A DNA stretch of 64,000 bases from Patescibacteria group bacterium (GTDB lineage Bacteria > Patescibacteriota > Minisyncoccia > Phycocordibacterales > Phycocordibacteraceae), in contig JAIELV010000001.1 of NCBI GenBank assembly GCA_019752595.1, forward strand, positions 378,551 through 442,550, given 5' to 3'. The position numbers and the translations under genes were made by a program. Under the pieces are notes generated by a model that was not told the DNA's origin, did not search any database, and saw only the letters and a list, made by a program, of their open reading frames with translations. Of this stretch, positions 59,690 through 64,000 are shown piece after piece. Numbering within the stretch: the first letter of the stretch is position 1; every line of letters starts with the position of its first letter.

Positions 59690-61249
59690 TTAAATGCTAC
59701 CGGAAAATCCAAGCGGAATTTCTTTCGCGAGACTTTCCAAATGTTCGGTCATAAATTGGTCTTTTTCATAATACGGGACAATTTTCCGAACCATTTCGTA
59801 CAAACTCTTTGTCTTGGAACTAAGTTGTTCTTTGCCACGAATTTCTGCAGCTTGACACGCGCACATCAATTCAAAGGCAATAATATATTTTGCGTTTTCA
59901 AAAATAGTTTTTGCTCGTCGCGCCGCGATTAGTCCCATAGAAACTATGTCTTGAAAATCCTCGGTTGAGGTTAGTGTTTGAATGGAAAGCGGAACACAAA
60001 GCGACCTATTCTCGGCAGTAAGAGAGGTTGCCATAAATTGACCTCCCATCAAACCAAACTGCAATCCGGGTACAGGAGAAAGAAAAGGCGGCAATCCATT
60101 GCTGTGATGGCTGTCCAAAAATCTATCTATTCGTCTGTCGGACAAATTTGAAAGCGTCGTGAGACTTATGGCGAGTTGGTCCATCGCCATCGCAATATAT
60201 TGGCCGTGAAAATGCCCATTGTGAAAGACATCTTGCTCGCTTTCTATAACTAATGGATTATCGTTAGAAGAATTTAATTCGTCCTCTACTACCTGACTAA
60301 TAACTTCTAGATTGTCGCGAATTGGTCCGATAATTTGCGGAGTGCATCGCAAAGAATATGCGTCTTCAATTTGAATGGGATTTCCTTGCGGATTATCCTT
60401 TCTATTTTTTTGTAATGTACTGCCGACCGAATCTTCATCGGCAATCATTTTACTATCAGCGAGAATGGCAAAAATATTTTCTGCTGTGATTTGCTGCCCT
60501 TTGTGAGGTTTAAGAGCGTGGACTCTGGGGTCAAATGGTTTTCGAGTTGCTTTCAGTGTTTCAAGTGTAATAGCCGAGACGACATCGTAAGTCGCGAGCA
60601 AACTTTTTACTTCGTCAATCAAAACAGAAGCCATACCAACCATCGCTGAAGTTCCGTTTATCATTGCCAAACCCTCTTTAAAACCAAGTGTCATTGGCTC
60701 AATTTTTGCCGCCTTTAGTGCGTCCGCACCCGATATAATTTTTCCATCAAATTTTGCTTTCCATTGGCCGATTCCGACCAACGCAATGCAAGCAAGCGGC
60801 GCAAGGTCGCCACTTGCGCCCAACGAACCCTTTTCAGGAATACAAGGAATAATCCCTGCGTTGAAAATCGCAATAAACTTTCTGAAATTTTCTTCGGAAA
60901 TTGCAGAATTACCTCTCGCTAAAGAGTGTATGCGAGCGAGCATAGTTGCCCGCACGATTTCATCGGGCAGAAAATTTCCTACATTGGTCGCGACACCATT
61001 GAGCAAATTTACTTGCAACTCACCGAGTTTGTTTTCCGGAATAAGCCAACTCACAAAACCTCCCATTCCGGTATTTACTCCGTAAATAGTTCTTCCGTCT
61101 TTTACAAGTTTTTCGAGTGTTTGGCGGCACTTGGCAACTCGCTCGAAAACCTCATTATCAAAATCAATAGTCGCCTTTGGATTACGCGCAACCGCAACAA
61201 GCCCTGCGAGGGTAAGTTGTTCCGAATCCATTTTAAATACGGTTTCCAT
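59690..61249 (-). CDS. histidine/aromatic amino-acid ammonia-lyase (MIO-dependent HAL/PAL/TAL family)
   Basis: 519 aa. GSLGASGDLAPLA carries the Ala-Ser-Gly MIO-forming triad. Hairpin terminator at 59641-59685. Confidence 0.85.
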   Translation of the reverse strand: METVFKMDSEQLTLAGLVAVARNPKATIDFDNEVFERVAKCRQTLEKLVKDGRTIYGVNTGMGGFVSWLIPENKLGELQVNLLNGVATNVGNFLPDEIVRATMLARIHSLARGNSAISEENFRKFIAIFNAGIIPCIPEKGSLGASGDLAPLACIALVGIGQWKAKFDGKIISGADALKAAKIEPMTLGFKEGLAMINGTSAMVGMASVLIDEVKSLLATYDVVSAITLETLKATRKPFDPRVHALKPHKGQQITAENIFAILADSKMIADEDSVGSTLQKNRKDNPQGNPIQIEDAYSLRCTPQIIGPIRDNLEVISQVVEDELNSSNDNPLVIESEQDVFHNGHFHGQYIAMAMDQLAISLTTLSNLSDRRIDRFLDSHHSNGLPPFLSPVPGLQFGLMGGQFMATSLTAENRSLCVPLSIQTLTSTEDFQDIVSMGLIAARRAKTIFENAKYIIAFELMCACQAAEIRGKEQLSSKTKSLYEMVRKIVPYYEKDQFMTEHLESLAKEIPLGFSGSI

Positions 61250-61254
61250 AGGTC

Positions 61255-61476
61255 TTAGTTGATAAAGTAGTTTAAAGGTTTTTTATAGATTTTCGCCAAC
61301 TCTGCTAATTCTACCGCGTCCACACTACGCTCGCCTCGTTCTATTTTGGACAAGTACGCCTGTGGCTTCTTCAGCTTTTTACCTGCCTCCACCTGCGTCA
61401 AATTTGCCGCTAGGCGAGCGGAACGGAGTTTTGCTGCAAATTTTCTATATTGAGCCGAATATTTCTTCCTCGTCAT
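61255..61476 (-). CDS. XRE-family helix-turn-helix transcriptional regulator
   Basis: 74 aa. LTQVEAGKKLKKPQAYLSKIERGER HTH_3 signature. The longer ORF to 61608 runs into IR1-R and was not used. Confidence 0.75.
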   Translation of the reverse strand: MTRKKYSAQYRKFAAKLRSARLAANLTQVEAGKKLKKPQAYLSKIERGERSVDAVELAELAKIYKKPLNYFIN

Positions 61477-61553
61477 TATTTTAACATGGTATAACCCATT
61501 GTGGAATATACCAGTTTGGTATATTCTTTTGTGAGAGCGGAACGCCCTCACTT

Positions 61554-61731
61554 CTGCCGCTCCATTCCAATTCTTCAATGCACTTCCCCCGCCAAAACAG
61601 AAATGCATAGGAAGCGGCAGGGCTTCGGTCGCCCGCGCGTCCTCGCGCGGGGAGCGCCGAGTCCGCGAGGCGCGATAGGTCAGGGGTTCTGCTCGAAATG
61701 GGTTCGCGCAAAGGATATAATTTCACCGCAA
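61554..61731. repeat. IR1-R: 178-bp inverted repeat (partner of 59411-59588)
   Basis: Perfect reverse complement of IR1-L. Overlaps IR2-L by about 6 bp. Confidence 0.9.
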
Positions 61732-61857
61732 CTTGATACTTCCATCGGATTTAATTCCGAATCTGCGCCCGAGGCGGGCGGGCGCAGATGCATTTTCGCG
61801 CGCAGACGCGCGGTATTCTCTGACGGCGGGGAGAATCCGAAATGCGGGGATTTGCCC
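61726..61857. repeat. IR2-L: about 132-bp inverted repeat, perfect reverse complement of 63272-63405
   Basis: Direct comparison. Contains internal hairpins (TCTGCGCCCG-AGGC-GGGCGGGCGCAGA). Confidence 0.9.
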
Positions 61858-61879
61858 TTGTTTCAATCCAAAACCACTT

Positions 61880-63532
61880 ATGGATAACAAACCAAAATAT
61901 TTTCTATACGCGCGTAAGTCGTCAGAGGATGATGACCGCCAAGTGATGAGCATTGAGGCGCAACTGTTTGAACTGCGTGAATACGCGTGTAAAGAAAACC
62001 TTGAAATTCTTGAGGAATTTCAAGAGTCGAAAAGCGCAAAGACACCCGGCCGTGATATTTTCGGCCTCCTCATGGCGAAAATTGAGCGTATGGACGGCGT
62101 AGGCATACTCGCGTGGCATCCCGATAGGTTGGCGCGTAATAGCGTGGACGGAGGCAGAGTTATTTATGCCGTAGACACGCGCAAACTGGTGTCTATGCGC
62201 TTTCCGACATTTTGGTTTGAACCCACCCCGCAGGGGCTGTTTATGTTGCAAGTGGCGTTCGGCCAATCGAAATATTATTCCGATAATTTGAGTGAGAATA
62301 TCAAACGGGGTATCCGCCAAAAATTGCGACGAGGCGAGTGGTTGAACTGCGCTCCCTTTGGCTATCAGAATAATTTGCGTATCAGGAATATCGAACCGCA
62401 CCTAACCGAAGCGCGTATCGTGAAATTAGCGTACGAAGAATACGCCAAAGGGTCGCACACTCTCGTTTCGCTCGCGCAATTTTTGGCGGAGCTGGGCGTA
62501 CTTACGAAAAACCGAACGCCACTTGCCAAAGTTTCCATCAAACGGCTTCTAACGCACCGCGTCTATATCGGCTTTGTGAAGCACGCAGGCGAATGGTTTG
62601 ACGGAAACTTTGAGCCAATTCTTTCACCGCAATTATTTGAAGCCGTACAGAAAATCGTCGTGAGCAAGGAACGGCCGCGCAAAAGGAAAATCAAGCACGA
62701 TTTTCCTTTTACCGGACTTTTTCGATGTGGCGAGTGCGGAAGCATGATTAGCGCACAATGGGCAACTGGAAAATCCGGCGGTCGCTACCGCTATTATCGG
62801 TGTTCGAAAAAGCGCGGCCGTTGCTCTCAACCGTATGTGCAGGAAAGTGAGTTAGCGGACAAAATCACGGCACGGCTTCAAACAATCTCACTCCCCGATA
62901 GGTATACCGGCTGGATGCTGAACAAAGTGGACGAATGGGAGCGCGAAGAAACCGCCTCAACGGGGAGCGAGGTTCAAAATCTTTCCGAGCAAATCAAAGC
63001 GAACGAGGCACGCATGGAGAAACTCGTTTCTGCGTACTTAGATAACGATGTACCGAAAGAAATGTACTTGAAGCGAAAAGACGCGCTCATGCGTGTCCTC
63101 GCCGCTTTGAAAGTCGAAAAGAAAAATTTTGAACGCGGAAGAAAGAATTGGGTCGAACCCCTGCAGAAGTGGATTTTGGATATGAAACAAGCCGATTTTT
63201 TGTCCTCATCCAGCAATTTCGGAGAAATTGCCTCCTTCGTCAAAAAAGTCGGAACGAACCCTATGGTTCGTGGCAAATCCCCGCATTTCGGATTCTCCCC
63301 GCCGTCAGAGAATACCGCGCGTCTGCGCGCGAAAATGCATCTGCGCCCGCCCGCCTCGGGCGCAGATTCGGAATTAAATCCGATGGAAGTATCAAGTTGC
63401 GGAGACGGCGAGATTCGAACTCGCGGAGGTTTGACCCTCACTCGCTTTCCAAGCGAGCGCACTAGACCACTATGCGACGTCTCCGTTGCCTTCTTGTATA
63501 CCATATATGTAACCTCCCTACAGCTTCCGTAG
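61880..63532 (+). CDS. large serine recombinase (resolvase domain, recombinase domain, zinc ribbon)
   Basis: YARKSSEDDDRQVMSIEAQ catalytic Ser motif near the N-terminus and a CGECG...YYRC zinc-ribbon. The C-terminal reading frame continues through IR2-R and the antisense of tRNA-Ser, so the true stop is uncertain. Confidence 0.8.
   Translation: MDNKPKYFLYARKSSEDDDRQVMSIEAQLFELREYACKENLEILEEFQESKSAKTPGRDIFGLLMAKIERMDGVGILAWHPDRLARNSVDGGRVIYAVDTRKLVSMRFPTFWFEPTPQGLFMLQVAFGQSKYYSDNLSENIKRGIRQKLRRGEWLNCAPFGYQNNLRIRNIEPHLTEARIVKLAYEEYAKGSHTLVSLAQFLAELGVLTKNRTPLAKVSIKRLLTHRVYIGFVKHAGEWFDGNFEPILSPQLFEAVQKIVVSKERPRKRKIKHDFPFTGLFRCGECGSMISAQWATGKSGGRYRYYRCSKKRGRCSQPYVQESELADKITARLQTISLPDRYTGWMLNKVDEWEREETASTGSEVQNLSEQIKANEARMEKLVSAYLDNDVPKEMYLKRKDALMRVLAALKVEKKNFERGRKNWVEPLQKWILDMKQADFLSSSSNFGEIASFVKKVGTNPMVRGKSPHFGFSPPSENTARLRAKMHLRPPASGADSELNPMEVSSCGDGEIRTRGGLTLTRFPSERTRPLCDVSVAFLYTIYVTSLQLP
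63272..63405. repeat. IR2-R: inverted repeat (partner of 61726-61857)
   Basis: Perfect reverse complement of IR2-L. Abuts the 3' end of tRNA-Ser(GGA). Confidence 0.9.
63400..63484 (-). tRNA. tRNA-Ser (anticodon GGA)
   Basis: Manual fold: GGAGACG acceptor, anticodon loop TTGGAAA, long variable arm, T-arm GCGAGTTCGAATCTCGC. No CCA encoded. Confidence 0.85.
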
Positions 63533-63551
63533 TACTACATACAGACATATC

Positions 63552-63586
63552 GGAGCGCGGCCACAAGCCGCGCTTTTGGTTTTCTA
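63552..63586 (+). terminator. rho-independent terminator (plus-strand orientation)
   Basis: AGCGCGGCCACAAGCCGCGCT followed by TTTTGGTTTT. Confidence 0.55.
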
Positions 63587-63597
63587 CTTAAACAAAA

Positions 63598-63924
63598 TCA
63601 CCAGCTACCGCTTGCACCCCCGCCACCCGAAGAACCACCTCCGAACCCGCCGAAACTTCCTCCACTCGAACCACCCCATGTACTTCCCCCTGTCCACCAC
63701 GGCGGAGTCGAACCTGAAGAGCGCGCTTCACGGTATGCGCTTGAAACCGCGAAATCAACAATCAGCCCGATAACAATCAGCGGGATCGCGCTTATCAAAG
63801 CCACGCTTACACCTGCAAAAAGTGCAACCACACCTGCTCCTACTGCACCAAAAACACCTCCCAACCACCAGTCCTTTGTACGCGACATAATCGACACAAC
63901 CCATGCGCCGACAAAGAAAATCAT
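63598..63924 (-). CDS. membrane protein with a Gly/Ser-rich C-terminal tail, hypothetical
   Basis: 2-3 TM helices followed by GGSSGGSFGGFGGGSSGGGG. Confidence 0.4.
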   Translation of the reverse strand: MIFFVGAWVVSIMSRTKDWWLGGVFGAVGAGVVALFAGVSVALISAIPLIVIGLIVDFAVSSAYREARSSGSTPPWWTGGSTWGGSSGGSFGGFGGGSSGGGGASGSW

Positions 63925-64000
63925 GTAGCCGATAAATCCGATATCTTCAAAAGAAAAATTCGCGCTTTCTTCAATCGGCGGAACCGCGCTCGGATCGCGA

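Noticed and set aside
59534-59932. 132-aa ORF starting MHFCFGGGSALKNWNGAA inside IR1-L (and its mirror inside IR1-R, fused to the XRE ORF)
   Set aside because: The shared N-terminus is simply the inverted-repeat sequence read in frame. It runs antisense into the ammonia-lyase gene, and the XRE protein is better started at MTRKKYS (61476).
59411-63405. Possibility that the IR pairs are an assembly artefact (a chimeric inverted duplication)
   Set aside because: Not rejected outright. Two different perfect IR pairs that precisely bracket coherent gene units and abut a tRNA look more like biology than mis-assembly. Read-level validation is still required, as noted in the findings.
1-64000. CRISPR array or cas genes
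   Set aside because: I found no short regularly spaced direct repeats. The only repeats are the 40-bp pair, the palindromes and the long IR pairs, none with spacer periodicity.

Overview
This 64-kb window looks like a chromosomal stretch from a small-genome, CPR/Patescibacteria-like bacterium; that assignment is inferred from gene content and is not verified. It is densely packed, mostly with housekeeping genes. I could place the following:
- DNA metabolism and division: gyrA (5' part), ftsA, ftsZ and an FtsB-like protein.
- Translation: rpsA, pth, lepB, rpsU, ybeY, valS, lepA, tsaC and tsaD.
- Central metabolism and redox: trxB, a PfkB-family kinase, ahcY, a class II aldolase, an IMPase/FBPase-family protein, a cupin-type PGI, a glutaredoxin and two YkgJ-type CxxCxxCC proteins.
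- Envelope: murJ and an O-antigen-ligase/TPR protein.
- A complete minus-strand type IV pilus locus: pilB, pilC, four pseudopilins (one carrying an LVIVD beta-propeller) and a major pilin.
- Several large secreted or surface proteins, including a 1349-aa repeat protein with a C-terminal peptidoglycan-binding motif.
- Six tRNA genes with no encoded CCA (Ser-CGA, Glu-TTC, Val-GAC, Phe-GAA, Arg-CCT, Ser-GGA) and an RNase P RNA on the minus strand.

The most unusual structure is at the 3' end (about 59.4-63.5 kb). Two nested, perfectly identical inverted-repeat pairs (178 bp and about 132 bp) bound, respectively, a histidine/aromatic ammonia-lyase plus XRE-regulator cassette and a large serine recombinase gene. 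The whole unit abuts the 3' end of tRNA-Ser(GGA). I read this as a candidate invertible or mobile module.

Other non-coding signals:
- Identical 24-bp palindromes flank a TrpR/YerC-like gene.
- A roughly 700-bp hairpin-rich region between divergent tRNA-Ser and tRNA-Glu carries a 40-bp direct repeat and an 18-bp duplicate of the tRNA-Glu 3' end.
- Several long perfect palindromes sit in promoter regions.
- A HisRS-like protein has a degenerate catalytic motif 2.

I found no CRISPR array. All calls come from reading the sequence and the ORF translations without database searches, and start codons are often uncertain.
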